A stretch of DNA of 64,000 nt from Trueperaceae bacterium (GCA_965214405.1 OZ243956.1:4416001-4480000), one strand, 5' to 3'; positions 29,259 through 39,441 are shown, counted from the first letter of the stretch. Notes: a model not told the origin generated them from the letters alone. Translations and numbers: made by a program.

Positions 29259-30053
29259 ATGGATAAAACCGAACGCGCAGCCAACTTGAATCAGGGTGAC
29301 AGAAGCGAAAAAGAAGAGTTCCGGCGGCCCCCCGGCCCCGAGCGGCAGTACGTCATCGACGCGCTCGCGGGCGAGTCGTGGCGGCTTTTTCGGATTATGG
29401 GCGAATTTGTTCAAGGGTTCGAAGACATGAGCGACGTCGGCCCGGCGGTGACGATTTTCGGCTCGGCGCGTCTCAAAGAGGACCACCCCACCTACGCGCA
29501 AGCCGAGAACTTGGCGCGGCACCTTTCCGAATCGGGCTACACCGTCTTGACGGGCGGCGGCCCCGGCATCATGGAGGCGGGCAACAAGGGCGCGTTCGAG
29601 CGCGGCGGGCGTTCTATAGGCCTTAACATCGACTTGCCCCACGAGCAAGCGCCCAACCCCTACCAGACCGATTCGCTCGACTTTCGCTACTTTTTTGTGC
29701 GTAAGGTCATGCTCGTGCGCTACTCGTCAGCTTTCGTGGTGTTTCCGGGCGGTTTCGGCACCATCGACGAACTCTTCGAGGCGCTGACGCTCATCCAGAC
29801 CAAAAAAATCCTCCCGTTTCCGGTCTACTTGGTCGGGGTGGAATTTTGGCAGGGGCTCATCGAGTGGCTCAAGAACACGCTCCTGCGCGCGGGCACGATT
29901 TCCGAAGACGACCTCCATTTGTTCAAGGTGGTGGACGACACCGCGAGTATCCCGGAAGAAATCGACCGTTATTACCAAGACCTCAACCACGCGGGCTTTA
30001 GAAAACCCGACGAGGACGACCCGGTGGGAAAGATAGTCAAGGCGGAAGGCTGA
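29259..30053 (+). CDS. LOG family (TIGR00730) nucleotide phosphoribohydrolase
   Basis: VTIFGSAR, TGGGPGIMEA, FFVRK and PGGFGTIDE motifs. Confidence 0.95.
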   Translation: MDKTERAANLNQGDRSEKEEFRRPPGPERQYVIDALAGESWRLFRIMGEFVQGFEDMSDVGPAVTIFGSARLKEDHPTYAQAENLARHLSESGYTVLTGGGPGIMEAGNKGAFERGGRSIGLNIDLPHEQAPNPYQTDSLDFRYFFVRKVMLVRYSSAFVVFPGGFGTIDELFEALTLIQTKKILPFPVYLVGVEFWQGLIEWLKNTLLRAGTISEDDLHLFKVVDDTASIPEEIDRYYQDLNHAGFRKPDEDDPVGKIVKAEG

Positions 30054-30170
30054 CGAGTTGGCCCAAAGCGGGAGCTCGAGCCTCATTCCACTCCCGCCCT
30101 TCACAAACTTTACCGCCGTAACCCCCGTGAATGGCGGGTCGTCTTCACTGCCGGTAGGCCGCGTGTCCGC

Positions 30171-30485
30171 CTAACTTTCGTCCGACTCCGGCGGCGGCAG
30201 CTTCTCGCCCTGAGAATCCTGATAGGCGCTCTCTTCTTCCGTCTCGCCGCCCAGTTCGCCCGCGGTGCTCGAGCGCTCCTCGCTCTCCCGGACGACCTCT
30301 TCTTCTTCGGCCCGCCGCTCTCTCTCGACGCGCCCGCTTTTGTTCGTGCGGTTTTCCACCGCGCGTCCGGGTTTACTTTGCGACTGCTCTTTGTCAAAGT
30401 CGCTCACGTTGCCGCCGTGGGTGTTCTGGGGGTCTGAGGGTTGTTTGTGGACGGGGGAGTTGTCTTCGGTTCCTTTATCGCTCAT
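30171..30485 (-). CDS. Small acidic, intrinsically disordered protein (104 aa)
   Basis: AAAGGA RBS before the ATG at 30485. Rich in E/S/D/R with almost no hydrophobic core. Confidence 0.6.
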   Translation of the reverse strand: MSDKGTEDNSPVHKQPSDPQNTHGGNVSDFDKEQSQSKPGRAVENRTNKSGRVERERRAEEEEVVRESEERSSTAGELGGETEEESAYQDSQGEKLPPPESDES

Positions 30486-30634
30486 GGTGGGTCCTTTCAC
30501 CAGAACTATACAGGTGCTTCCGCGCCGAGAGTAGGCTTTGCCCCACGTGGTCCCCAAAAACCGCCGGAGAGCGTGCAAGGTTTGGGAGAGGGCAGAGCCT
30601 ACGTTCTTAAACTCGTATAGCGGCGCTTGTGCGG

Positions 30635-31993
30635 GGGTGCAGCCCGCTAGTGTCGGATTAAGCCGGGGCAGGGTAAGCGAGGTGCCTGAGCTGCCCAAAG
30701 TCAATGAGGGAATGTTTGGCACAGGTCTGGGCACGCAAAGAGGCCATACTGGCAGCACCTTGTTTGGACCAGTGCATCCCGCTTCTTTTCATACGGTTTC
30801 CGATAACGGCTTTGTTCATCCCTTCGATTTGCCCTGAACCGATGGGATAGCCTTTTTCTGTGAACCGAGCATAATCCATACTGTCAAGCCGGGTTTCAAG
30901 ATACTTTAGAGCAGTTTGCGCTTTGTCATCCCAGGTGAGCCAGACCTCGGGTTTAGGAAGGTGGTGAGCGAGCCAGTCACGGGCGTTGAGCTGACCCCGA
31001 TACCAGTCACAGCGGTGGCGCGTTCTTAGGTCTTCATCCCAAGCCAGTGCTTGCATGATGGTGTCGAGGTACTGAGTGGCGTGGTAGACGTCGGTGATTC
31101 TTACGGCGTCGAGATGACAAAAGATGTTGTCAATCCAAACGGCTCCATCACCCAAACCGAGCAGCGTATCCGCGGGGGTGACTCCGGCTTCGTTGAGTAA
31201 ACCCGCCACGAGCGTGACAAAGTCTTCGGCACAGCAGCGTTCGGCCAACATCCAGCGCTGACTCGGAGCGGCTTGCGGATAAAGTACGGCTGTTTTGAGT
31301 TCCAGGCCAGGACATAGCCCCTGTTCAGGTTGCCCTAAGACGTAGACGCCGTCCATTTGCAACACCATGACGCGTCCTTGTCGGCGTGCCGCTTCAGGCT
31401 CTGAACAAGACAACAGTCTGTCTGCCACCTCGGCTCGACACGCCTCAGCGTAGGGGCGTTGCAAGCGGTCTAATTCTGACGAGCTAATCCTCAGGCCGAA
31501 GTTGCGCGCGATGTAAGCGCCTTCTTCTAAGGGCACGCGCGCTGCTAAGTCGGTCAGGCAAGCTAAGGCTTTGGGCGTCCAGCCCGAATGGTCTAAGCGT
31601 CTATCGAGGATAGCTTGTTTGGCTCGACCCTCTCTATCAACCAGCCTTTGTACCTCGACATAGACCCGGCCCCACAAGTGCTTAACCGCGCAGCGACGTT
31701 TGCCGTTACCCCAATAGCCTTCAGGTACTTCTCTTTTGTGCTCGGGGGGAAAAGCTCCGGCTATCTGCCAGAGCTTGCATAGTCTCACTCATCATCGCTT
31801 GATAATGCGCCAGCATCGCCGTCTCAACCTCGGCTACACCCGCATCTTCGGGTAGGTCTCGTTCCAAAGCTTCTAAGTACCTGCCAAACGCTTCCTTCGC
31901 CCGTTCTTTCCAATCACCTGTCTGGCTCGTTTTCATCCGCCATTCTACCGCTGCTACGCCCCTTTTTCTATCCGCCTATTTGGGGTTGCACCC
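30635..31993 (-). mobile_element. ISKra4-family insertion sequence (~1360 bp)
   Basis: Imperfect terminal IRs GGGTGCAgCCC...CGGAT at 30635 and the reverse complement ending at 31993. Lower GC. Encloses the transposase. Confidence 0.8.
30658..31936 (-). CDS. ISKra4-family transposase, two ORFs joined by a +1 frameshift at TTTTCCCCCC (31744-31753)
   Basis: MDG, GDGAVWI, D.YHA.QY and GYPIGSGQIEG.NK.V...RMKRSGMHWS motifs. OrfA (31721-31936) has a TAGAAT leaderless promoter. Confidence 0.85.
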
Positions 31994-32009
31994 GCTGTTC
32001 AGGAGAGCC

Positions 32010-32039
32010 TTGACCCTCCTCGAGCGAGCGTGATAGACT
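32010..32039 (+). promoter_or_regulatory. Sigma-70-type promoter of tRNA-Ile
   Basis: TTGACC (32010) ... TAGACT (32034), upstream of the tRNA. Confidence 0.6.
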
Positions 32040-32054
32040 CCCCTTCGCTCGTGC

Positions 32055-32131
32055 GGGCGATTAGCTCAGTTGGTTAGAGCGCTACACTGATAATGTAGAG
32101 GTCGGTGGTTCAAATCCACCATCGCCCACCA
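32055..32131 (+). tRNA. tRNA-Ile (GAT)
   Basis: GGGCGAT/ATCGCCC acceptor stem with ACCA. Anticodon arm CTACA-CTGATAA-TGTAG. GGTTCAAATCC T-arm. Confidence 0.97.
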
Positions 32132-32172
32132 AAAAGCCCCGGCGGTTTTCTTACAACCCGCTGGGGCTTTTT
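32132..32172. terminator. Bidirectional intrinsic terminator
   Basis: AAAAGCCCCGGCGG...CCGCTGGGGCTTTT between the tRNA and the convergent protease gene. Confidence 0.8.
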
Positions 32173-32225
32173 ACTTTATGTTTTGCGGCTTCGTGTTTTG
32201 CGGCCTCTACGTTCCCGAAAGGGAA

Positions 32226-33443
32226 CTACCGGAAAATCTGTCGCCTCGCGCCTAGGGTGAGCTCGAGCTGGATCGTTCTGTCCCCCCGCTGCACCGTGAG
32301 CGTCACCTCGTCGCCGACTTCTTTGCTGCGCAGCACCGAGCGGAGTTCGTAGTATTCGCTTACTCGGGTGCCGTCCACGGCGGTAATCACGTCGGCGGTC
32401 ACATCGATCCTCACCGTTCGCCCCTCGGCGTCTGTGACAGCGCGCCGCTCTAGGTCGCGGAGTCCCGCCGTCGCCGCCGGGCCGTTGGGCTCGACGCTGC
32501 CGACAATCAGACCTTCGCGCGGGCCGAGGTTGAACCGCGGGTCTCTCGGGGTGTAGCTCTGCGGAATGCCAACGAAAGGCTGCCCCAGGCTGAACCCTAT
32601 CGCGGGCTCGTCGTGTTGTTCTCCCGCCAGAAGCGCGCTCACCACGTCGCTACCGTCGAGCACGGGCACCGCGTACGAGGCGAAGCTGTTGAGCCCCACG
32701 AAGCCCCGCAGCAAGGGCGGTACAAACGTGTCTTGCGGCGAGCCGTAGGCGATGTAACTCACCACGCCGACGGCCTCGCCCGCCTCGTTTAGGACCGGCC
32801 CGCCGGAATCGCCCGGACTAAGCGCGGCGGTGAGCTCGATGGTGCCGTTCGCAAAGTCCGCGCGCCGCGCCGCGACGCCCAGCCGCGTCACCTCGCCCGC
32901 GCGCGGCTGCAAAAAGTCGCCGCCGCTGTTGCCGATGGCGACCACGCCGCTGCCCACCCGCGGCGGCGCGGCGGCCAGCGGAATGTAGGGCACCTCCCCG
33001 TCGACCTCGGCCTGGAGCAGCGCCAGGTCTAAGTAGGCGTCGAAGGCGACCAGCGTGAGCGTGTAGTGTTCCTCGTCGGGACCCACACCCACATATCTAA
33101 GTTCGCTTTGCGAAACGCGCCCGTCATCCGCATTCACCACGTGATACGCCGTCAGGATGAGGCCGTCGGGCGAGATGAAAAAGCCCGTGCCGATGCCCAG
33201 CAGCACCGACCTGAAAAAGCTGCCGCTAAGCACGTCGATCTGTAGGGTCGCGGGCCGCGCAGCGTCAAAGGTAGCCGCGAGTTGACCTGTCGGCGCGACG
33301 ATTTCCGGGGCGGGCGGGTAAGGCTGCGCCACGAGGCTCGGCGCGGGCTGAGAATACCTCGGCGCGAAGAGGTAAAAGGCCAGAACGAGCAGCAACGAAA
33401 AGAGGAGCCAGACGCGCCTCGAGCCGGACTTAACCACGAGCAT
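32226..33443 (-). CDS. HtrA/DegP-like S1C serine protease with a PDZ domain
   Basis: N-terminal TM. GTGF, TAYHV, DLALL and GDSGGP catalytic triad motifs. C-terminal PDZ (GPAATAGL...DVITAVDG). Confidence 0.92.
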   Translation of the reverse strand: MLVVKSGSRRVWLLFSLLLVLAFYLFAPRYSQPAPSLVAQPYPPAPEIVAPTGQLAATFDAARPATLQIDVLSGSFFRSVLLGIGTGFFISPDGLILTAYHVVNADDGRVSQSELRYVGVGPDEEHYTLTLVAFDAYLDLALLQAEVDGEVPYIPLAAAPPRVGSGVVAIGNSGGDFLQPRAGEVTRLGVAARRADFANGTIELTAALSPGDSGGPVLNEAGEAVGVVSYIAYGSPQDTFVPPLLRGFVGLNSFASYAVPVLDGSDVVSALLAGEQHDEPAIGFSLGQPFVGIPQSYTPRDPRFNLGPREGLIVGSVEPNGPAATAGLRDLERRAVTDAEGRTVRIDVTADVITAVDGTRVSEYYELRSVLRSKEVGDEVTLTVQRGDRTIQLELTLGARRQIFR

Positions 33444-33667
33444 TCCTGAATAAAAAGTCGGTCATACACCATTTGGTCATACACCATTGTGGAACCTTGC
33501 GCCGCGAAAGTCTGCTCGGTAGACAACATTGAAGACAACATGGATGACGGGAATGAGCGACAAAAGGTTCTGCCGGATTTTTCGCAAAGCTCGCTTGGCG
33601 CTCTGGCGAGGCGTCGGAAAATGATATGTCCCTGGTCACGCTCACCCAGGGCTTGTATAGTCGAAGG

Positions 33668-34762
33668 GTGAAGATTCCAACAGTAGATAACACAGCGAGT
33701 GATGCAGCAAACGACACCCTAGACAAACCAGCCCAGGGCGCGCCCTCAGGGGTGAACAACGCGGGCGAGGCGGATTACGCGGCCAAGGTCGCGCAGGTCG
33801 CGGCGACCCTAAAGGCGTGGGAGGGACCCATCGTCATCATCTCGCATGAGGACCCCGACGGGGACGCGCTGGGCAGCACATTGGGACTCAAACGCGCGCT
33901 GGACGCGCTCGGCAAGATGACCATCCTGCCGGTGGAGCCGCCACGCTATTTGCAGTTTATTACCCTCGAGGGCGAACTCTCAAAGCCGCTAGCCACCCTC
34001 CCCGACACCTGTCTTTTGGCCGTGCTCGACGTCGAGGTAGGGCCGCGGGCCACAGGCGCACCTCTCACGGGCGCAGCGTTCGTCCTCAACATCGACCACC
34101 ACGGCACGAACGCCCGCACGGGCGACCTCTCGCTCGTCCAACCGAGCCGCGCCGCCACCGCCCACATGGTCAAGGACGTGATCGACGCGCTGGGCGTCAC
34201 CTGGACGCGTGAGCTGGCGACACCCTGTTTGACGGGCATCCTGACCGACACGGGCACCTTCCGCTACGGCAACACGACCCCCGACGTGTTGGCGGCCGCG
34301 GGCGACCTCCTCGCCAAGGGCGTCGCCTACAGCGAACTCACCGACCGGTTGCAGTGGCGTCACCCCGACTATTTTCGGATGCTCGGCAAGGTCATGTCGA
34401 CGGTCGCGTTTCCCCTGAACGGCCTCGTGGCGACCGCGGAACTTACCCAGGCAATGCGTGACGCCATAGGCGAGACCGACGACGATTCGGACGACTACGT
34501 GGGCTTTATCCGCTACGCTGAAGGGACCTACGTCGCCATCTTTTTCAAAGAACGCGGGAACAGCGACGAAGAAATGACCAAGATTTCGGTTCGCACGCGC
34601 GGGGCGGTGTCGGCGCAAGCGATTTGCACGGAACTCGGCGGCGGCGGGCACGTGGCGGCGGCGGGTGCGACCGTCCACGCGGGTTTGGAGGAGACGCGGA
34701 CCCTGGCCCTAGAAGCTGCTAGGCGCGAGCTCGAGCGCCGCGGCATCCACGTTCAGGGTTAA
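33668..34762 (+). CDS. nrnA: DHH/DHHA1 phosphoesterase (NrnA-like)
   Basis: HEDPDGDALGS, IDHH, TDTGTF and GGGGHVAAAG motifs. TATAGT lies 6 nt before the GTG at 33668. Confidence 0.9.
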   Translation: MKIPTVDNTASDAANDTLDKPAQGAPSGVNNAGEADYAAKVAQVAATLKAWEGPIVIISHEDPDGDALGSTLGLKRALDALGKMTILPVEPPRYLQFITLEGELSKPLATLPDTCLLAVLDVEVGPRATGAPLTGAAFVLNIDHHGTNARTGDLSLVQPSRAATAHMVKDVIDALGVTWTRELATPCLTGILTDTGTFRYGNTTPDVLAAAGDLLAKGVAYSELTDRLQWRHPDYFRMLGKVMSTVAFPLNGLVATAELTQAMRDAIGETDDDSDDYVGFIRYAEGTYVAIFFKERGNSDEEMTKISVRTRGAVSAQAICTELGGGGHVAAAGATVHAGLEETRTLALEAARRELERRGIHVQG

Positions 34763-34804
34763 ACCCTCTCTTAAGCCCACGTCCCGCATAAAAACGTTTA
34801 GGCG

Positions 34805-35650
34805 TTAGGAGGACGTCTGGAGCGCTCGAGCGCGCGCAGCAAGCTCCGGCAGACCGGTGAGGTTTATCTCGACCTCCAGGCCCTGCGCCGCCAGCCAGGG
34901 CAAAACCTCCTCGGTAGGGAGATTGCCGACGAGTTCGTCACCCGCAAAAGGGCAACCGCCGACGCCGCCTAACGCGCCCTCGAGCCAGCGCAGACCGTGG
35001 GTGAGCGCCTTCTCGAGCGTCCCCTGCCAAGAACCGGGACGCGCGTGGAGGTGGAGGCCCAAATCCCGCACCTCCCCAATCGCCTCCAACACGCTCCCCA
35101 ACCGCGCCGGAGTCGCCGTGCCGACGGTATCGGCTAAGACGATATTTTGAACACCCATCTCGCGGAGCCGCGCGACCGCCGCCGCCGTGTCGCCCGGTGA
35201 CCAGGGTTCGCCGTAGGGGTTGCCGAAGCCCATCGACAGATAAACGACGAGGGTGAGCCCGCCCGCCTTTGTCGCCTCCAGCATCTCCTCTACCAGCGGC
35301 CACGACGCCTCTAGGCTCCGGTTGGTGTTGCGCCTTTGAAAGGTGTCGTTGACCGACAAGGGATAGCCGACGCTCGAGACGTTGGGCGCTCCTAACGCGC
35401 GCGCCAGCCCCTTCTCGTTGGCGATAATGCAGAGAAAATCGGTATTTTGAGGACGCGTCAAGCCCGAGAGAACCGCCTCGGTGTCCGCAAGCTGCGGCAC
35501 CGCCTTGAGGGAAACGAACGAGCCCAAGTCGAGGTGACGAAAACCCGCACTGAGGAGGGCGTCTAAGTAGGTGCGCTTTTCTTCCGTAGGAATGGTGTGG
35601 GCGAGGCCCTGCCACGAATCGCGGGGACATTCGACGTAACGTAGGGTCAC
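34805..35650 (-). CDS. Hydroxymethylglutaryl-CoA lyase
   Basis: ECPRDSWQ, GSFVS.KAVPQLAD, LADTVG, LHLH and GGCPFA...GN motifs. Confidence 0.9.
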   Translation of the reverse strand: MTLRYVECPRDSWQGLAHTIPTEEKRTYLDALLSAGFRHLDLGSFVSLKAVPQLADTEAVLSGLTRPQNTDFLCIIANEKGLARALGAPNVSSVGYPLSVNDTFQRRNTNRSLEASWPLVEEMLEATKAGGLTLVVYLSMGFGNPYGEPWSPGDTAAAVARLREMGVQNIVLADTVGTATPARLGSVLEAIGEVRDLGLHLHARPGSWQGTLEKALTHGLRWLEGALGGVGGCPFAGDELVGNLPTEEVLPWLAAQGLEVEINLTGLPELAARARALQTSS

Positions 35651-35774
35651 GGGTCAGTATAAAACTCGCAGTAGGTCGCATCTGTCTGGACGCGAACTTC
35701 CCCTACCGTTTCTGCTCGAGCCCCCGCTCACTCTCCCCTACCCCTTCTCAAAGCCGCCTCTGCTACACTAAACC

Positions 35775-38132
35775 ATGAGTACGAACGCCCTGGACGCACG
35801 CACGGCCGCCGCCAAGATTCCCGCTGACGAAAACAGAACGGTGACGCCCAACTTTATTACCGACATCATTGATGAGGACATTCGGGCGGGCAGGATCAGT
35901 GAGGTGGTAACTCGCTTTCCGCCTGAACCCAACGGCTACGCCCACTTGGGCCACGCCATTGCGAGCTTTATCGACTTCGGTACCGCGAACGACTACGGCG
36001 GACGCTGCAACCTGCGCTTTGACGACACCAACCCAACGGCTGAGCGCATGGAGTACGCCGAGGCGTTAGAGCGTGACGTCCGCTGGCTCGGCTGGCGTTG
36101 GGACGGCAAGTTTTTTGCCTCGGACTATTTCGAGAGGCTTTACACCTTTGCCGTGAGGCTGATTGAAGAGGGCAAAGCCTACGTAGACAGCCTTTCCGAA
36201 GAAGAAATTCAGGATTACCGGGGTACGGTAACGGAGCCAGGGCGTGAGAGCCCGTACCGGACGCGTTCAGCAGAAGAAAATTTGGACCTTTTCGCGCGGA
36301 TGCGCGCAGGCGAGTTTGCGGACGGGGCGCATGTGCTGCGCGCCAAGATTGACATGGCGGCCCCCAATATGAAGATGCGCGACCCGCTCCTCTACCGCAT
36401 CCGTCACGCGCACCACTACCGCACGGGCAGTGAGTGGCCGATTTACCCGATGTACGACTTTGCACACGGACTTTCGGACGCGGTTGAAGGTGTGACCCAC
36501 AGCCTCTGCTCCTTGGAATTTGTAGAAAACCGCGCCGTATACGATTGGCTGATGGAGAACCTTATCGGCACGCCGCGCCCCTACCAGTACGAGTTTGGGC
36601 GACGCAGCATCGAGTATACGGTAGTCAGCAAGCGTAAGCTGATGCAACTCGTTCGGGAAGGCTTCGTGAACGGCTGGGACGACCCGCGGATGCCGACCCT
36701 GGCAGGGCTTCGGCGACGCGGCGTGAGGCCCCAAGCCATCCGAGAGTTCGCCTCCCGTGTGGGCATCTCCCGCACGAACCGCACTGTGGATATCGCGCTT
36801 TTAGAATACGCCGTCCGCGACGACTTAAATACCCAGGCCCCAAGGGTGATGGCGGTGCTCAATCCCCTCAAGATCGTCCTCACCAACTATCCCGAGAACA
36901 AAGAGGAAGCGTTGGAGGCCCCCTACTGGCCCCACGACGTTCCCAAAGAAGGCTCGCGCATGGTGCCCTTCGCCCGCGAACTCTTTATCGAGCAAGATGA
37001 CTTTCTGGAGGAGCCGCCCAGAGGCTTTCACCGCTTGGCCCCCGGCGGCGAGGTGCGGCTCCGCTACGCCTACGTCATCCGCTGTGATGAGGTCGTCAAA
37101 GATGAAAGGGGCCACGTGACCGAGCTGCGCTGCTCGTACGACCCCGACACGCTGGGGCAAAATCCAAAAGGCCGCAAGGTCAAGGGCACCGTCCACTGGG
37201 CGAGCGCCGCGCACGCGCTGCCCGCCGAGATGCGCCTTTATGACCGGCTCTTCAGCGTCCCCAACCCCGACGCGGGCGACGCACCCTTTACGAACTACCT
37301 CAACCCCGATTCGCTCATCACGACCCGCGGCTTTGTCGAGCCGAGCGTGGCGAACGACCCCGAGGAGACGCGTTACCAGTTCGAGCGGCAGGGTTACTTT
37401 GTGAGAGACCCGGACTCGAGCCCCTCTCACCTCGTCTTCAACCGCATCGTGCCGCTCAAATCCGCGTGGGATGCCAGAACGGAAGATGTGCAGGGGGAGA
37501 TTGAGGAAAGGGCGAAAAAGGAACGCGCCCCCAAAGGTGAAACCGAACCGACCAAAGCCGCGCAGCGCGACCCCACGCTGGACTTCACTTCTGAACAGCG
37601 CTCGAGGTTGGAGCACTACACCTTCGACCTCGGCCTGAGCGGCGACGACGCGGCTATTTTGGCAGCCGATAGTGAGCTTTCAGCCTTTTTTGAAGAGGCG
37701 TTGAAGACGCACGACAACCCGCAGGGCGTCGCCAACTGGATGGTCAACGAACTCCTGCGCGCGCTTAAAGACACATCTCTTGCAGCGCTCCTTGTCCAGC
37801 CCGCGCACCTGGGCGAGTTGGTGGCGCTCGTGGACGACGAGACCATCTCGAGCCGCATCGCCAAAGAGGTGTTTGGGGTGATGTTGGAAACGGGCGAGCG
37901 TCCCAGAGCCGTTGTGGAGGCGCGGGGGCTCGAGCAGGTCACGGATGTGGGGAGGCTCGAGACCGTGGTGGACAAGCTGATGAGTGAAAATCCCGACAAG
38001 GTCGCGGCGTACCGGGGCGGCAAAACGGGGCTGCTAGGCTTTTTCGTAGGCGGGGTGATGCGCGAGACGCAGGGCAAGGCGAACCCGCAGCTTGTGCAGG
38101 CGTTGGTGCAGGAGAGGCTTCGGGAAGAGTAA
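35775..38132 (+). CDS. glnS: Glutamine--tRNA ligase with a C-terminal Yqey/GatB-like domain
   Basis: RFPPEPNGYAHLGHA, FDDTNP, SKRKL, GWDDPRMPT and QFERQGYF. C-terminal ANW...GFFVGGVMRETQGKANP. Confidence 0.97.
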   Translation: MSTNALDARTAAAKIPADENRTVTPNFITDIIDEDIRAGRISEVVTRFPPEPNGYAHLGHAIASFIDFGTANDYGGRCNLRFDDTNPTAERMEYAEALERDVRWLGWRWDGKFFASDYFERLYTFAVRLIEEGKAYVDSLSEEEIQDYRGTVTEPGRESPYRTRSAEENLDLFARMRAGEFADGAHVLRAKIDMAAPNMKMRDPLLYRIRHAHHYRTGSEWPIYPMYDFAHGLSDAVEGVTHSLCSLEFVENRAVYDWLMENLIGTPRPYQYEFGRRSIEYTVVSKRKLMQLVREGFVNGWDDPRMPTLAGLRRRGVRPQAIREFASRVGISRTNRTVDIALLEYAVRDDLNTQAPRVMAVLNPLKIVLTNYPENKEEALEAPYWPHDVPKEGSRMVPFARELFIEQDDFLEEPPRGFHRLAPGGEVRLRYAYVIRCDEVVKDERGHVTELRCSYDPDTLGQNPKGRKVKGTVHWASAAHALPAEMRLYDRLFSVPNPDAGDAPFTNYLNPDSLITTRGFVEPSVANDPEETRYQFERQGYFVRDPDSSPSHLVFNRIVPLKSAWDARTEDVQGEIEERAKKERAPKGETEPTKAAQRDPTLDFTSEQRSRLEHYTFDLGLSGDDAAILAADSELSAFFEEALKTHDNPQGVANWMVNELLRALKDTSLAALLVQPAHLGELVALVDDETISSRIAKEVFGVMLETGERPRAVVEARGLEQVTDVGRLETVVDKLMSENPDKVAAYRGGKTGLLGFFVGGVMRETQGKANPQLVQALVQERLREE

Positions 38133-38142
38133 GGATAACAGA

Positions 38143-38727
38143 GTGACCGTGAAGCCGCTGACCTATGAACTCAAGAACAGCCTCTCGCTCCTCGTTCGTG
38201 AAGCGGAGGCTGAGGACGCCGGGGCGCTCCTCACCCATGTCAACAGTGTGGGGGGTGAGTCGGATTACCTCGCCCTCGGCCCCGGCGAATTTGAACTTAC
38301 AGAGCGCGAAGAGGCGGAGTTTTTGCGGGCATGTCGCGCGTCGGAAAATCAGGTGTACCTGCTTGCTCTGGTTGGGGATGAAATTGTCGGCGCCCTCAAC
38401 TTTTCGGCGGGTCACAGGCCTCGCGTTAAACACAGCGGCGAGTTGGGTATGTCGGTGCGGAAGGCTTATTGGGGGCTGGGGGTGGGCTCCAAGCTGCTCG
38501 ACACACTTTTAGACTGGGCGCGGCAAACCGGCACCATCAAGAAAATCAACCTGCGCGTGAGGACGGACAACCGCCGCGCCATCCTGCTTTATGAGCGAAA
38601 AGGGTTTGTTAGAGAAGGAACCATCCGTAAGGAAATCTTTTTGGACGGGGTTTACTATGACCTCGAGTGGATGGGTCTCGTTCTGAGTGAACAAGGGGAA
38701 ACGGTTGAGACGCATGTGAACAAGTAG
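38143..38727 (+). CDS. GNAT family acetyltransferase
   Basis: GMSVRKAYWGLGVGSKLL...LRVRTDNRRAILLYERKGF. Confidence 0.9.
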   Translation: MTVKPLTYELKNSLSLLVREAEAEDAGALLTHVNSVGGESDYLALGPGEFELTEREEAEFLRACRASENQVYLLALVGDEIVGALNFSAGHRPRVKHSGELGMSVRKAYWGLGVGSKLLDTLLDWARQTGTIKKINLRVRTDNRRAILLYERKGFVREGTIRKEIFLDGVYYDLEWMGLVLSEQGETVETHVNK

Positions 38728-38919
38728 ACCTGTAAATAAACGAGATAACGAGCGAAACCTTTTACTTTTCCTTTAAACATTATTCAAAACGTGACTGATG
38801 TCTCGCTCTACTTGTTGACCGACCTCTAAAATAAACTACGGGACTCCTCCCGTAATCTGTGTGGCTGAGTTTTTCCCTTTTTCTTGTGAGTTCTCAGCCC
38901 TCACTGTAGGAGGTAGAGA

Positions 38920-39393
38920 ATGCGCACAGTCGATATCCATCTGGTCGTCGGTGATGGTGACTGGAACAGGCTCCCGGTGGGCACGTGTCTCGACACGGTC
39001 GAGGACGTGATAGAGGTTACCCGCGACTACGTGCAGGGTCCCCTGCGCGAGTCCTACCCGGCCCTCTACACCTTTACCGAGTTCGGCCTGCAGGCCATCG
39101 AAAGTTTCATGCAGGTGATCGGGAGCGGCGCGGACTACACCGCCAAAATCGGCGTGGCCGACCTTTCCAGCGTGCCCCTATTTAACCGTGAGCTGGCGGC
39201 GCAACTCGCGGCTAACTTTGTCACGGCGCTTCACCTGAAGCGGGGTCCGCAAGACGAGAAAGCTCTGCGGCTTCTCCACACGCAGGGCGCGGGTGACTGG
39301 CGAACCGCCTCGTTTACCGTGGAGCCGGGTCACTGGCTCGCCAAGCATTTAAGAGGTGAGGGCGGTTTTATGCTGCCCGCCATCAGCGCTTGA
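38920..39393 (+). CDS. Hypothetical protein (157 aa)
   Basis: Strong AGGAGGT RBS and host-like codon usage. No family recognised. Confidence 0.75.
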   Translation: MRTVDIHLVVGDGDWNRLPVGTCLDTVEDVIEVTRDYVQGPLRESYPALYTFTEFGLQAIESFMQVIGSGADYTAKIGVADLSSVPLFNRELAAQLAANFVTALHLKRGPQDEKALRLLHTQGAGDWRTASFTVEPGHWLAKHLRGEGGFMLPAISA

Positions 39394-39441
39394 CCTGAGC
39401 TTGCGCCACACGCCGAACTCCGGGTAAAATACCCTGCGCGT

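Noticed and set aside
38720..38920. Deinococcal RDRM (DdrO) radiation-response box
   Set aside because: The TACGGGA..TCCCGTA palindrome has the wrong length and spacing for the 17-bp RDRM.
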